This document shows, piece by piece, positions 10,237-21,014 of a stretch of 64,000 nucleotides of DNA. Source of the stretch: an uncultured Treponema sp. (GTDB taxonomy: Bacteria > Spirochaetota > Spirochaetia > Treponematales > Treponemataceae); assembly GCA_937923945.1 (NCBI GenBank), contig CALDWC010000014.1:435-64434 (forward strand), read 5' to 3'. Every line of letters begins with the position of its first letter. The stretch's first letter is position 1. A program made the translations under genes and the position numbers. Below the pieces are notes generated by a model that was not told the DNA's origin, did no database searches, and worked only from the letters and a program-made list of their open reading frames with translations.

Positions 10237-13128
10237 CTAAAATCGAGCCGTTGTATAGGCTTTGCGTATTTCCGCAAAAGGAACGGAAACCGTACCGCTT
10301 TTGGCGTTAACCGTAAGGGCAAGGTTTTCACTCACCGAGCCGATTTTAACGAGCGGTGTTCCGGCAAAGATTTGTTGTAAAGCCGCTTCGTCGGCAGGGG
10401 ATGCTTCAATGATAAAGCAGCCGCACGTTTCTCCGAATAACGCTCGAAGCTCATCGGAATCGACCGCGTGCAAAAGCGTTGCCGTTTCTACGGTTGCCCC
10501 GCGTTTACCGCCGATGCACATTTCCGCAAGGGCAACTAAAAGCCCCCCGTCAGAAATATCGTGGCAGCTTTTGATTAAACCGCGTCCGATAGCTGCGTGG
10601 AGCTTTTGGTAGGTGCCGGCGTTTTTTTCGGACATGCGGGTAAACCGCACAACCGCGTTTTTCGGCACGCCGAATTTTTCCGCAAACACGGAAGCTCCGA
10701 ACTGAAAATCGCTTTCACCAAGCAAGTACAAATTGTTTCCCGCTTTTTTTAAATCGGCACCCGGCACGTACGCAATATTCGGCACAATCCCCATCGCTGA
10801 AATTAAAAGAGATGCAGGAATTGCAACACGCGTTCCGTCCGCCGTTAAATATTCATTATTAAAGGAATCTTTTCCCGAAATAAACGGTGTTTTAAAAAGT
10901 TTTGCCGTATCGTAACAAGCCCGCGCGGACTCAATTAAATCCCACATAACTTCGCTGCGTTTCGGATCTCCCATACAGTAGTTATCCAAAATTCCGATTC
11001 GATCGGGATCGGCACCGACCGCAACCGCGCTGCGTACCGCTTCATCGATAGTCGCCTGTGTCATTTGATACGTCCCGAATTCACTTGCGCGAAAATGCAG
11101 CGCATTGGAAAGCGCGACCGCAACGTTGCCTTCAACTTCGCGGGGCTGCACGACCGCCGCGTCGGCAGGTCCTTCAAAGGTTATGCCGTCATAGGGACGC
11201 AGCAAAGTTCCGCCTTGCACTTCATGGTCGTAAAGCCGTACGACCCGCTCACGCGAAGAAATTGCAAGGTCGGAAAGTAAAGCGGTTAACGCGGTATCGA
11301 TTTTTATGTCACCGCATGTGGGGTAGGATTTTTTCATCGTATACGGTTTTGCCGTTAACTGTTTTTGAGGCGGACCTGAATGTAAAAACGAACAATCCAA
11401 ATTGATAACGGTTTTTCCGTTGCGGCGAACTTTTAATATCGCATCTCCGGTGAATGTTCCCAAATCAAAATATTCAACTTCGCAAAAATTGCATAATGTT
11501 ATAAATTCGGGAATATGCTTTTCGGGAACGGCGAGTACCATACGCTCCTGCGATTCCGAAACCCAAATTTCCCAAGCGGTTAAGCCTTCGTATTTGACGG
11601 GAACATCGGTTAAATCAACGTCGCAGCCGAGTTTTGAAGACATTTCACCGACTGCCGATGAAAAACCGCCCGCGCCGCAGTCCGTGATTGCCGAATACAG
11701 TCCGCGTTTGCTGACCAGTTCCAGTAATTCGCACACTTTTTTTTGGACAATTGGATCGCCCGTTTGGACGGCAGAACCTGCAACCGTTCCCGTGCTGGCG
11801 TTGACAATCATTGAGGAAAAAGTAGCACCGCGAATTGCATCGCGTCCGGTCGGCGCTCCGACCGTAAAGATATGATCGCCGACCTGCGGTGTCGTTGTAT
11901 GAACGCCCTTCGGCGCAATACCGGCGCAGCCGCAATATACGAGCGGGTTCGTTGTATAGCCTTCCGCAAAATGCACGCCGCCGTTTACCGTTGGGATTCC
12001 CATCTTGTTGCCGTAATCGCTGACGCCGTTTACCACGCCCGCAATAATTTCGTTCGGATGCATACTTCCGGCGGGGACTTTGTCGTACGGCAATTCGGGA
12101 TTGCCAAAACACAGCACATCGGTTACGGCGAAAGGACGAGCTGAAACGCCCATGACATCGCGGATAACGCCGCCGACACCGGTGTTCGCCCCGCCGAACG
12201 GTTCAATCGCCGACGGGTGATTGTGCGTTTCCACTTTGAATGAAACATCGAATGAATCATTGAGGGTAACAATTCCCGCATTATCGACAAATGCCGACAC
12301 CACCCAATCCGTATTAATTTCATCGGTTGCTTTCTTTATATATGTTTTTAAAACATTGCTCACTTCAAGATTCGGATAATTCTTTTTGACGGTTTCATCG
12401 GTGCTGTCAATTTTGATACACGCTTTAAACGTTTTATGCACGCAATGTTCACTCCATGTTTGCGCGATAGTTTCAAACTCCGCATCGGTGCACGTGCGTT
12501 TTTCGCGTTGGTAGTAATCGCGGATTTTTTGCATTTCCCGCAAATCCAGCGCGGCGCTTTTTTCGTTCGAAAATGCGATGAGTTCTTCGTCGCTCATATT
12601 TGCAATATCAAATTCTTCCACAACGGCGCCGAGGGCTTTTTGTTCGGCGGTTTGACACGACACAAATTGCGGCACCGCATCATCGAACGCATAATATTGT
12701 ATAACATCATTGCATAAAAATTTTGCGAGTTGCTCTTTTTGTGCTTCGTCGGATACGCCTGAAATATAATAGCCGGTGCCGCTCGTAATTTCCTTGACGT
12801 TGCGGAACCCCATTTCGGTAATTCCCCGCATGGCTTCTCGCGACTGCGTGTCGGTTACGCCCGGTTTTAACATCACTTCCAGCGTAACCGCACCGGATGA
12901 TTGCACGATTTTTGTTTCGCCTTTTCGTGCACAGGTTTCCACAATTTTATCGCAAAACAAAAAGTTTTTTAAAGCCGCTTCTTCTTCCGATGAAAGAGAC
13001 CCCAATAAACAATAAATTTCATATTTTTCAACGTCATTGATATATGTAAAACCGGCACGATGGAGTTGCGCCTTCAATCCTTCGTGGGAACGCAGTTTGT
13101 TTTTTACCGTAAATTTATAATAATCCAT
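10237..13128 (-). CDS. purL: Phosphoribosylformylglycinamidine synthase, PurS-PurL fusion form. Start proposed at ATG 13128; the annotated ORF's first codon at 13143 is TTG
   Basis: The N-terminal ~80 aa are PurS-like, followed by the PurL FGAM synthetase domains (HNHPSAIEPFGGANTGVGG, GMSARPFAVTD). About 960 aa, too short to include a PurQ domain. Confidence 0.85.
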   Translation of the reverse strand: MDYYKFTVKNKLRSHEGLKAQLHRAGFTYINDVEKYEIYCLLGSLSSEEEAALKNFLFCDKIVETCARKGETKIVQSSGAVTLEVMLKPGVTDTQSREAMRGITEMGFRNVKEITSGTGYYISGVSDEAQKEQLAKFLCNDVIQYYAFDDAVPQFVSCQTAEQKALGAVVEEFDIANMSDEELIAFSNEKSAALDLREMQKIRDYYQREKRTCTDAEFETIAQTWSEHCVHKTFKACIKIDSTDETVKKNYPNLEVSNVLKTYIKKATDEINTDWVVSAFVDNAGIVTLNDSFDVSFKVETHNHPSAIEPFGGANTGVGGVIRDVMGVSARPFAVTDVLCFGNPELPYDKVPAGSMHPNEIIAGVVNGVSDYGNKMGIPTVNGGVHFAEGYTTNPLVYCGCAGIAPKGVHTTTPQVGDHIFTVGAPTGRDAIRGATFSSMIVNASTGTVAGSAVQTGDPIVQKKVCELLELVSKRGLYSAITDCGAGGFSSAVGEMSSKLGCDVDLTDVPVKYEGLTAWEIWVSESQERMVLAVPEKHIPEFITLCNFCEVEYFDLGTFTGDAILKVRRNGKTVINLDCSFLHSGPPQKQLTAKPYTMKKSYPTCGDIKIDTALTALLSDLAISSRERVVRLYDHEVQGGTLLRPYDGITFEGPADAAVVQPREVEGNVAVALSNALHFRASEFGTYQMTQATIDEAVRSAVAVGADPDRIGILDNYCMGDPKRSEVMWDLIESARACYDTAKLFKTPFISGKDSFNNEYLTADGTRVAIPASLLISAMGIVPNIAYVPGADLKKAGNNLYLLGESDFQFGASVFAEKFGVPKNAVVRFTRMSEKNAGTYQKLHAAIGRGLIKSCHDISDGGLLVALAEMCIGGKRGATVETATLLHAVDSDELRALFGETCGCFIIEASPADEAALQQIFAGTPLVKIGSVSENLALTVNAKSGTVSVPFAEIRKAYTTARF

Positions 13129-13215
13129 AAAGTTAAACCTCAATTCTTGAACGTGATACGGTATTGTACCCTAATTTCGGTTTGCGGTCAAGTGGGCGCA
13201 AGAGAACGGCTATTT

Positions 13216-13932
13216 TTAGCCGGCGGTTTTTTCGATTCTCCGAATCACTTTTAATACGGAAACAAAACAACCACCGCAATAAACGATACCGTACAGATAA
13301 ATGATATACGGTAAAAATTCGAAAAGATACCCGAGAAGGTAGAGTACGGGCATCCAGCCGGTGATTCCGATTTCTTCGCTCAAACGTTTTGATTTTCCTG
13401 CAGCCGTTTTCATATCGACTTGAGCGGCGTTTCTATATGCCTGCATAATAATGCGCATCAGCAAATTTGCCGACGATGATAGGACTGCAACATACAACGG
13501 GGTGAGATACAACGGCGCTGGAAAAAGTTGCGAAGAATTTCCCATACTGAACAGTATTGCCGTGTAAGCACAGTACCCGCCGATTGCATCAACGCAGCTG
13601 CCGAAATGTGCATTGCTGCGCTGTTCGTTTTTGTTTTTCAGCGTTCGTGCCATATTTCCGTCTGCACAATCGAGAACGGCAAAAACAAAAAAGCAGCATA
13701 TTCCGCATATTTGTACGGCAGTCGCGGAGAAAAAGCTACATATAAAACCGGCGATGCAAAAGATGATACTGAGATACGTTACCGCATTGGCGGACAAGTG
13801 CATATTGAGTGCGAGCCACGCTAACGGAAAAGATGCCGGACGATATATAAGCCGCGTAAGCATTCCGTCCGCTTTTCTTTTTTCTTTCGGATACGATGCG
13901 AGTACTTCGCCGAATGTGTAGTTTTGTTTCAT
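13216..13932 (-). CDS. CDP-alcohol phosphatidyltransferase family membrane protein
   Basis: Motif DCADGNMAR-x9-FGSCVDAIGG matches D-x2-DG-x2-AR...G-x3-D. Multiple TM helices. Confidence 0.7.
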   Translation of the reverse strand: MKQNYTFGEVLASYPKEKRKADGMLTRLIYRPASFPLAWLALNMHLSANAVTYLSIIFCIAGFICSFFSATAVQICGICCFFVFAVLDCADGNMARTLKNKNEQRSNAHFGSCVDAIGGYCAYTAILFSMGNSSQLFPAPLYLTPLYVAVLSSSANLLMRIIMQAYRNAAQVDMKTAAGKSKRLSEEIGITGWMPVLYLLGYLFEFLPYIIYLYGIVYCGGCFVSVLKVIRRIEKTAG

Positions 13933-13944
13933 AGTAGAGGCTCC

Positions 13945-15084
13945 TTATTTTTTTGTGTATTGTTCATACGTTCGAAGATAAAAATTTTCAAGTTGTTTTG
14001 TTACCGTTTTTATATCAAACTTTGTACTGTTTTTCGGAAGCGGCCGATGCGGAGATTTTGGAAGTTCTGTATTTGTCTTATTCATGATCGCCGAAATCCA
14101 CTGCGCTTTATCATGTAGCGGTAAAGCCGTGCAGGTATCGGAAATGATTGCTTCCCGACTGATTGTGTCGGAAATCAAACAGGGCAATCCCGACACTTGC
14201 GCTTCTATCAGGGAAATTCCCAAACCTTCATACAGCGAGGGAAAAATAAAAACATCCATTGCGCAAAGGTAGTCATACACATTGCCGACGCTTCCGGTAA
14301 TCATAATGCGGTCGCGGATATGCAATTGCTCCGCATACTCAATGAGCTCATTTTTTAAAGGACCGTCACCGACCAACAATAATTTTACGTTATGATTTTG
14401 CGCATACACGCCGCTGAACACATCGAATAAAAACCGATGATTTTTTACCGGTCGAAAGCCGCCCGAATGTCCGATAACAAACGTATGCTCATCGATGCCC
14501 AGCTCCGTGCGGATTTTTTGTCGCGTCGATTCCGAAAACGAAAATGCATCAACCGCAATACCGTTCGGAATAATCGTAACGTCACCGTTATCATAATATG
14601 ATTGTCCGAATTGCCAGATTGCCGCTTCCTTTGAACAAGCAAAGCGATGGGTTACATATTTATTGATATTTTTTTTTGCATAAAGTTTTACTATTTTTTT
14701 CAAACCGGTGTTGAGAATCATATTATTGTGACTATGCGCAATTCGAACGGGGATCGCCGAAGCGGCAGCATATTTGAGCGTAAAAGCACTGAGTAAATTT
14801 AAATGCGAATGAATGATGGGATATCCGTGATGCTGCGCAAAAAATTTTTTTATGTCGCTTCCGTATTGTAAAAAATAAGATGCAGATAATTTGTTGAGTT
14901 TAAATATTTTTCCGCCCAGTTCATAAATTTCTTCGTCAAATGCCCCTTCTTCCGTTGTGTGATCCAAAAAGTCAAATTGTATTTTTGTTCTGTCAATCGT
15001 GCGGTAAATATTCATCAGTAAATTTTCGATTCCGCCTCGATCCATTTTTGAAACGGCGTGAAGTATTCGTATCGGTTCTGCCAT
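13945..15084 (-). CDS. Glycosyltransferase family 1/4 (GT-B)
   Basis: C-terminal EGLGISLIEAQVSGLPCLISDT signature of GT4 enzymes. About 380 aa. Confidence 0.75.
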   Translation of the reverse strand: MAEPIRILHAVSKMDRGGIENLLMNIYRTIDRTKIQFDFLDHTTEEGAFDEEIYELGGKIFKLNKLSASYFLQYGSDIKKFFAQHHGYPIIHSHLNLLSAFTLKYAAASAIPVRIAHSHNNMILNTGLKKIVKLYAKKNINKYVTHRFACSKEAAIWQFGQSYYDNGDVTIIPNGIAVDAFSFSESTRQKIRTELGIDEHTFVIGHSGGFRPVKNHRFLFDVFSGVYAQNHNVKLLLVGDGPLKNELIEYAEQLHIRDRIMITGSVGNVYDYLCAMDVFIFPSLYEGLGISLIEAQVSGLPCLISDTISREAIISDTCTALPLHDKAQWISAIMNKTNTELPKSPHRPLPKNSTKFDIKTVTKQLENFYLRTYEQYTKK

Positions 15085-15220
15085 AAATTATTAAAATCGC
15101 TCCGGCTTGCATTCTAGCGTATTTGATACATTTTGTAAAGGTAAAACGAATGACTTGGTTTGCGATCAAGCTCTTATTTTTTTTTCAATTTTGTAGTAAT
15201 ATAACCGACAGGATTTTTCA

Positions 15221-17209
15221 ATGAATGAATTCGGCTTTTTACGGTTTGTCTCGGCATCCGTTTCTTTATCGCTTTTAGATTGTTCAACGAATGTTGAAAA
15301 AATAAAACCCCTTGCACGGGCAGCGGATACACAAAATGCCGCGTTGCTTTTAACGCAGGAACTTTCCCTTACGGGGGCGACCTGCGGCGATATGTTTTTT
15401 TCATCGGCGCTTTTAGAAAATGCCCGTGCGGCTCTCCTGCTGCTTGCGGATGCGTCGAAAAATTTTTCCGTTTTGCTTTCTGTCGGCTGTCCGCTCACCG
15501 TTGACGGAACGCTTTACAGTACGCAGGTTTTAATTTCCGGCGGAAAAATTTTGGCGGTTGTTCCTTTAAATTCGGAGCTTCCCCAATTCCGCCCATACGT
15601 CGGAAACGAGAAAAATCTGCAATTTCTTTTTGGCGTTGATTACGAAATACGCTTCGGAAATTTTCCTTTTTACTGCACGGTAAAAAACGGCTCCGTATTG
15701 CAGCGGTTTTCATTCCGTTTTGTAAGTACCCGCGAACTCCGTACCGGCGTGCGCCGTGAAGTAACCGATGTGTTGCTCTTACCGGCTGCACTCCCGAATT
15801 TTGCGGGGCAATCACTTCAGGAAGCGGTACAAAGTTTTTCCCGCATGCAAAATTCGATTGTGCTTTTTGCAAATGCAGGAAGCGGGGAGTCAAGTGGCGA
15901 GCATATTTTTTTAGGCGACTGCGGTATCTTTGAAAACGGGCAAGCACTTGCATTTGAAAATATATTTTCCGCTTCGCAAAAAACATCCGATGATAGCGCG
16001 GAAAATCGGATCGTTGATTTTACCTGCTCGCCGTTTGCGGTTTCGGACGCCGATGTGCAGCTCATACAAAACAGAGCGCGCTATGAAAAAAAACGCGTGC
16101 CTCCATATTTTCCGATTGTGCAAACGCAAACTGCGGAAGCGTCATTTCCGATTTGCATAACCGTAAAGCAAACGAATGATGCGTTGCAGTATGCGGTAAA
16201 ACAAAATCCGTACCTTCCCGCAGTTACAAATACAGCCGACGAAGAAAATTTTTTTATTGCAGTTTTGGATTATACGGCAGCGGCACTCGCGCGAAGGTTA
16301 TCCGCCGTCGGCACGGATAAAACGGTACTGGGAATTTCAGGCGGCATTGACTCAACGTTTGCGCTTTTGGTTTGCACGCGGACGATGCAGCTTTTGAGAA
16401 AACCGAACGAAAATGTGTACGCAATTACGATGCCGTGTTTCGGCACTACCGGTCGTACAAAAACAAACGCAATAACGCTCGCGAAAAATCTTGGATGTCG
16501 CTACGAAATTATCGATATCTCCAAAACGGTGAAAAGCCATTTCAAAGATATTTCGCACGATTATACTATGCAGGATACAACCTTTGAAAATGCACAAGCC
16601 CGCGAGCGCACGCAAGTTTTGATGGACAAAGCAAACCGCTGCGGCGGCATTGTTGTGTCGGCAAGTGACCTTTCGGAAATTGCACTCGGTTGGTCAACTT
16701 TTGCAGGCGATCATATTTCGATGTACAATGTCGCAGCAAGTGTACCGAAAACGGTTTTGCGTGCTGCGCTTAAAATTTTTGCAAACAATGCCTCTCTTTT
16801 CAAAAGCGGCAATGCAAAGATTTTTTCTAAAACGATTATCGATATTTTGCAAACACCGGTGAGTCCGGAACTGTTACCGGCAAATTCCGATAATGTAATT
16901 TCACAAAAAACCGAAACGATTCTCGGAGACTACGCTTTGCATGATTTTTTTATTTTTTATTTTGTACGAAATCATTTTACCAAAGAAAAAATTGTTTTTT
17001 TAGCGGAACATGCGTTTGCCGGTGTGTATTCCCGTCTGTATATTGAAAAGACCGCTGAAACATTCTTTAAACGATTTTTTACTAATCAGTTTAAACGGTC
17101 GTGTTCACCGGAAGGAGTTGCCGTTTTGCCGGTGAGTTTGTCGCCGCGCGGAGAATGGACAATGCCTTCCGATGTGGATTCCGCATTTTTAAAAAACTTT
17201 TTTCAGTAA
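15221..17209 (+). CDS. nadE: Glutamine-dependent NAD+ synthetase (CN-hydrolase domain plus NAD synthase domain)
   Basis: PP-loop GISGGIDST in the C-terminal half. About 660 aa, consistent with a fused N-terminal glutaminase domain. Confidence 0.85.
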   Translation: MNEFGFLRFVSASVSLSLLDCSTNVEKIKPLARAADTQNAALLLTQELSLTGATCGDMFFSSALLENARAALLLLADASKNFSVLLSVGCPLTVDGTLYSTQVLISGGKILAVVPLNSELPQFRPYVGNEKNLQFLFGVDYEIRFGNFPFYCTVKNGSVLQRFSFRFVSTRELRTGVRREVTDVLLLPAALPNFAGQSLQEAVQSFSRMQNSIVLFANAGSGESSGEHIFLGDCGIFENGQALAFENIFSASQKTSDDSAENRIVDFTCSPFAVSDADVQLIQNRARYEKKRVPPYFPIVQTQTAEASFPICITVKQTNDALQYAVKQNPYLPAVTNTADEENFFIAVLDYTAAALARRLSAVGTDKTVLGISGGIDSTFALLVCTRTMQLLRKPNENVYAITMPCFGTTGRTKTNAITLAKNLGCRYEIIDISKTVKSHFKDISHDYTMQDTTFENAQARERTQVLMDKANRCGGIVVSASDLSEIALGWSTFAGDHISMYNVAASVPKTVLRAALKIFANNASLFKSGNAKIFSKTIIDILQTPVSPELLPANSDNVISQKTETILGDYALHDFFIFYFVRNHFTKEKIVFLAEHAFAGVYSRLYIEKTAETFFKRFFTNQFKRSCSPEGVAVLPVSLSPRGEWTMPSDVDSAFLKNFFQ

Positions 17210-17229
17210 CGAGTACGGAACGGGCACTT

Positions 17230-18594
17230 ATGAATCTTGGAATCGGTTTTGAACAAAAACAAACACAAACATTATCGCAAGCGCTTTTACAATCGATAAA
17301 TACGTTGGCATTGCCGACAACTGAATTGCGTGAAACGATTTTACGGGAACTCGATTCGAATCCTACGCTTGAAGTCGCCGAAGACCGCAGCGAAGAAAAA
17401 ATGCACCGAAGGCAAAATAAAAAAAATTATGAAACCATAAAGCACAAAAATCAAAACGCTGCGGACGCGCATCAAAGTTTTTTGGAAAGCATTCCCGATA
17501 GCGGTGAAAGTTTACAAACGCATTTGTTAAAACAGTTCCGTTTACTTCCGCTCGCAAAAAATGAAAGTGCATTCGGCGAACTGCTCATTCAAAATCTTGA
17601 CGCATCCGGTTTTATGATTGTAAAACTCGATGAGCTTTTGCCGCTCTTTAATCAAAATCGGGAAGACACGATCAGTAGAGAAACTGCAAAAAAAATATGT
17701 GCCAATATTCAGCGGCTGGAACCCGTCGGCTGCTGCACGGATAACGAGCTTGATTCACTTGCTTGTCAAGCGGAAGTTTTATTTTCGGAAAAAATTACAG
17801 ACGACAAAATTTATTTTTATGTGATTGATATTTTACAAAATCATCAAGCGCTTTTTAAAGTCGGAAATAAAACAAATTTTTTTACCGAATTAAAAAAAGT
17901 TGGCGGTGATTATGCTTCTCTCACGTTTAATGATTCAAAAAAAATTTTAGAATGTATTGCAACGCTCGATTTACATCCCGGTAAAAAGTTTTCAAGTAGC
18001 CAAACGGCTTTTGCCGTTCCTGAAATTTTTATTATTAAAACGGAGGACGGTTTTAAAGCGGAACTCAATGATGTGGAAATTCCTGTGTTGCAGGTGTCGA
18101 GTATATTTCGGGAAAAAAACAACGGGGTAAAACAAAACGAACAGTTGAAAGATGCCCTGCAAAAAGCGAATCAGTTTATTGAAAGTTTAAATTACCGGCG
18201 TGAAACAATGTTGAAAGTTGCCGCCGTTCTTTTACTCACCCAAAAAAAATTCTTTGAAAAAGGAACGGCGTATTTGGAGCCGTTGACGCAAACGGATGTT
18301 GCCAATGAATTGAATGTCAGTCCGTCAACGATTTCGCGGACGGTGAACGGAAAATATTTACAGTGCGATTGGGGCGTTTTTGAATTGGCGTTTTTTTTCA
18401 GTTCGGAAGTTTCAACTTTTGGAAAAGCGGAAACTAATCAAGTTAGCAAAAATGCCGTAAAAGCGATTATACAAAACTTACTTGAAACCGATCCGAAGCT
18501 GACCGATGCGGCAATCACGGAAAAATTGCATGCGGAAGGAATCCGGTTATCCCGCCGTACAGTGAATAAATACCGCAACGAATTAAAGCGGTAA
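17230..18594 (+). CDS. rpoN: RNA polymerase sigma-54 factor. Start moved to the internal ATG at 17230 (MNLGIGFEQKQTQTLSQ...)
   Basis: Gln/Leu-rich N-terminus, HTH and C-terminal RpoN box (SRRTVNKYRNELK). The annotated upstream extension lacks similarity. Confidence 0.85.
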   Translation: MNLGIGFEQKQTQTLSQALLQSINTLALPTTELRETILRELDSNPTLEVAEDRSEEKMHRRQNKKNYETIKHKNQNAADAHQSFLESIPDSGESLQTHLLKQFRLLPLAKNESAFGELLIQNLDASGFMIVKLDELLPLFNQNREDTISRETAKKICANIQRLEPVGCCTDNELDSLACQAEVLFSEKITDDKIYFYVIDILQNHQALFKVGNKTNFFTELKKVGGDYASLTFNDSKKILECIATLDLHPGKKFSSSQTAFAVPEIFIIKTEDGFKAELNDVEIPVLQVSSIFREKNNGVKQNEQLKDALQKANQFIESLNYRRETMLKVAAVLLLTQKKFFEKGTAYLEPLTQTDVANELNVSPSTISRTVNGKYLQCDWGVFELAFFFSSEVSTFGKAETNQVSKNAVKAIIQNLLETDPKLTDAAITEKLHAEGIRLSRRTVNKYRNELKR

Positions 18595-18641
18595 ATCGGA
18601 ATATTAGTGGCTCCTTGAATGTTTTTCAGTTTTGACCGATA

Positions 18642-18824
18642 ATGATAAAAATGACTATAAAAATAACGGATGCACGTGAAAAACTAAATGCAAAATTGAT
18701 TTCGAGTCAGATTGATTCGGCGTTTGGTGAACAGCGTTTACAAATGTTCACGATTGCCAATACGGAAAACAATAAACGTATTACCGAGCTGGATGATGAA
18801 ATTAAAAAGTTTAAAATTTTTTAA
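18642..18824 (+). CDS. Hypothetical 60-aa ORF between rpoN and the lpt genes
   Basis: ORF only, with no convincing SD. Weak N-terminal resemblance to HPF (M-I-x-I-T) but far too short. Confidence 0.15.
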   Translation: MIKMTIKITDAREKLNAKLISSQIDSAFGEQRLQMFTIANTENNKRITELDDEIKKFKIF

Positions 18825-18842
18825 TAGAGGATATTTACTTCA

Positions 18843-19439
18843 ATGAGTATTGTACTTTGTATCGCTGCCGTTTTATTTTTCAGTTGTTCATTTTCAGCGC
18901 AAAATGATTTTTCAGCCGACACACCGAAAATTGTTTTTGAGAACGCGCATATTGAACGGTATGAAAATGCAAAAGAAAAATTCTTGGTAACGGCGCAGCG
19001 TTTGGAAAGTTATCCGAGTAAAGAAATCTTTGCCGGTGAGAACGTATACATTGTACAGTTCAATGACAACAAGGAAGCGGAACTTAAAGCGAGTGCCGGT
19101 ACGGCGCTTTTATTGCAAAAGCAAAAACAGTACTTTTTGGGCGGCAATGTTTTTGTGCAAACAAAAAAAGAAAAACTTACGATTGCAGCTGCGAATCTTT
19201 TTTTTGACGAAAATGAAAATATGTTGTACGGTGTCGAAGGTGAAACGGTACGCGTTCAATCGGATGACAATACGGTAATTACCGGTACGAATTTTTCAGC
19301 GAATACGCTTTCGCAAAAGTTTCAACTTGCGCAGGCGGTGAACGGTAGCTCTGAATTAAAAAATGAAGAGAAAGATGAATCTGAAGGATCGGATGAAATG
19401 CCAAACAAAAATGAACAATCTGTTCCCGGCGGTGAATAA
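18843..19439 (+). CDS. LptC-like / OstA-like periplasmic lipoprotein
   Basis: Lipoprotein-type signal (LFFSCSF). Sits immediately upstream of lptA-lptB. Acidic C-terminal tail. Fold assignment rests on context. Confidence 0.4.
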   Translation: MSIVLCIAAVLFFSCSFSAQNDFSADTPKIVFENAHIERYENAKEKFLVTAQRLESYPSKEIFAGENVYIVQFNDNKEAELKASAGTALLLQKQKQYFLGGNVFVQTKKEKLTIAAANLFFDENENMLYGVEGETVRVQSDDNTVITGTNFSANTLSQKFQLAQAVNGSSELKNEEKDESEGSDEMPNKNEQSVPGGE

Positions 19440-19441
19440 AC

Positions 19442-20086
19442 ATGAATGCAAAAAAACTTTTATTGGGAATTTCTTTTTACTTATTGCTACCGTTTGTCTT
19501 TGCGGATACGATAAAATTTTCAAGCGATCGTATGTCCGGTTCATCAAATTCGGATAATACAACGACGGAGCTTTTAGGCAATGCCACGGTAACTACCGAA
19601 GATATAAAAATTGAAAGCGATTCCATTAAACTTTTTGGAAAAAATTTTACCAATATAACGGCAAGCGGAACCGTAAAAGGTGAAAGCATTAAAAACAAAT
19701 TTACGTTTTCCGCTGATGTACTCAAATATAATCGCGAAAAAAAAATCTCTGAATTTTCCGGTAATGTACAATTTATCGATAAAGCGAATGATACGATTAT
19801 TACTTGCGGGTATGCGCTGTACAACGAAAAAACCGAAACAATGATTATTAAGTTTGACGTTTCGATTGAACGAAAAGACACAAAATGCAAATCAATATTT
19901 GCACTCTATAATCGAAAAAACGAAATTGTTAACTTACTCGGAAAACCGCACGTTACGAACAAGGATGATACTTTTTTTGCAGATCGTATTACGATTAACT
20001 TGAAAACCGACAAAATAGATTTACAGGGAACGGTAAAAGGTAACCTTGTTGAAAAGGATGAAAAAGTTGAAAAGGATAAAAAATGA
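19442..20086 (+). CDS. lptA: LPS transport periplasmic protein LptA (OstA N-terminal domain family)
   Basis: Signal peptide. Repeated beta-jellyroll-like segments. Stop overlaps the lptB start. Confidence 0.55.
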   Translation: MNAKKLLLGISFYLLLPFVFADTIKFSSDRMSGSSNSDNTTTELLGNATVTTEDIKIESDSIKLFGKNFTNITASGTVKGESIKNKFTFSADVLKYNREKKISEFSGNVQFIDKANDTIITCGYALYNEKTETMIIKFDVSIERKDTKCKSIFALYNRKNEIVNLLGKPHVTNKDDTFFADRITINLKTDKIDLQGTVKGNLVEKDEKVEKDKK

Positions 20087-20934
20087 TTGAATATGACACA
20101 AACGATAAACGGCTTTTACTGTCGGCTCCCGATACGGAAGTTCTTTTTCTGCCTGCACCTGATACAAAAGTTTTTGTTGAAGAAGCGTTGAAAACAAATG
20201 ATCGACCGGTTTCAGTACTTTCTATCAGGGGATTAAATAAGCAGTTCGGTAAAAAGAAAGTTGTGATTGATGTTACATTCAATATGCGGCAGGGCGAAGT
20301 TGTCGGCTTGTTGGGACCGAACGGAGCCGGCAAGACAACGACGTTTTATATGATTGTCGGCTTTTATCGTCCGAACTCCGGTGATGTATTTTTGGATAGT
20401 CAAAAAATTACCGCGTTGGAAATGTACCGGCGGGCACAGCTCGGGATTTCGTATTTACCGCAGGAAGCGTCCGTTTTTCGAAAGCTCACGGTGGAGCAGA
20501 ATATTTATGCGATTTTGGAAACCCGCGCTGATCTTACTAAGACACAACGGAAAGAAATGCTGGAAAAATTATTAGTGGAGTTCGGTATTACGGGAAAGCG
20601 AAAACAGTTGGCTTATAGTTTATCGGGCGGAGAACGCCGCCGCACGGAAATTGCTCGCGCCCTCGCGATTGAGCCGAAGTTTTTATTGTTGGATGAACCC
20701 TTTGCGGGGATTGACCCGATTGCGATTCACGATATTAAAAAAATTATTTCACATTTGTCACAGCAGGGAATCGGTGTTTTAATCACCGACCACAATGTAC
20801 GCGATACGTTGGAAATTACCGATAGGGCGTATATCATCAATGCGGGGCAAGTGGTGGAAAGCGGCGACCGCGAAAAGATTCTGAACTCTGAGATTGCCCG
20901 TAAAATTTATCTCGGCGAAAGTTTTAAAATGTAA
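20083..20934 (+). CDS. lptB: LPS export ABC transporter ATP-binding protein LptB. The annotated N-terminal ~45 aa are probably not translated; an alternative TTG lies near 20185
   Basis: Walker [14 protein letters not shown], signature LSGGERRR, Walker [13 protein letters not shown]-loop ITDHN. Confidence 0.85.
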   Translation: MIEYDTNDKRLLLSAPDTEVLFLPAPDTKVFVEEALKTNDRPVSVLSIRGLNKQFGKKKVVIDVTFNMRQGEVVGLLGPNGAGKTTTFYMIVGFYRPNSGDVFLDSQKITALEMYRRAQLGISYLPQEASVFRKLTVEQNIYAILETRADLTKTQRKEMLEKLLVEFGITGKRKQLAYSLSGGERRRTEIARALAIEPKFLLLDEPFAGIDPIAIHDIKKIISHLSQQGIGVLITDHNVRDTLEITDRAYIINAGQVVESGDREKILNSEIARKIYLGESFKM

Positions 20935-21014
20935 TGTACGCTGTTCGCTTTGTTATATTTTTTACGTTGCCGCTCTTGCAATTTTTACTGCTTTGATTAT
21001 AATTTCATCGTACT

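Noticed and set aside
18642-18824. Possible hibernation promoting factor (hpf) after rpoN
   Set aside because: Only about 60 aa with weak N-terminal resemblance. Too short for the HPF fold and no SD. Kept as a low-confidence hypothetical.
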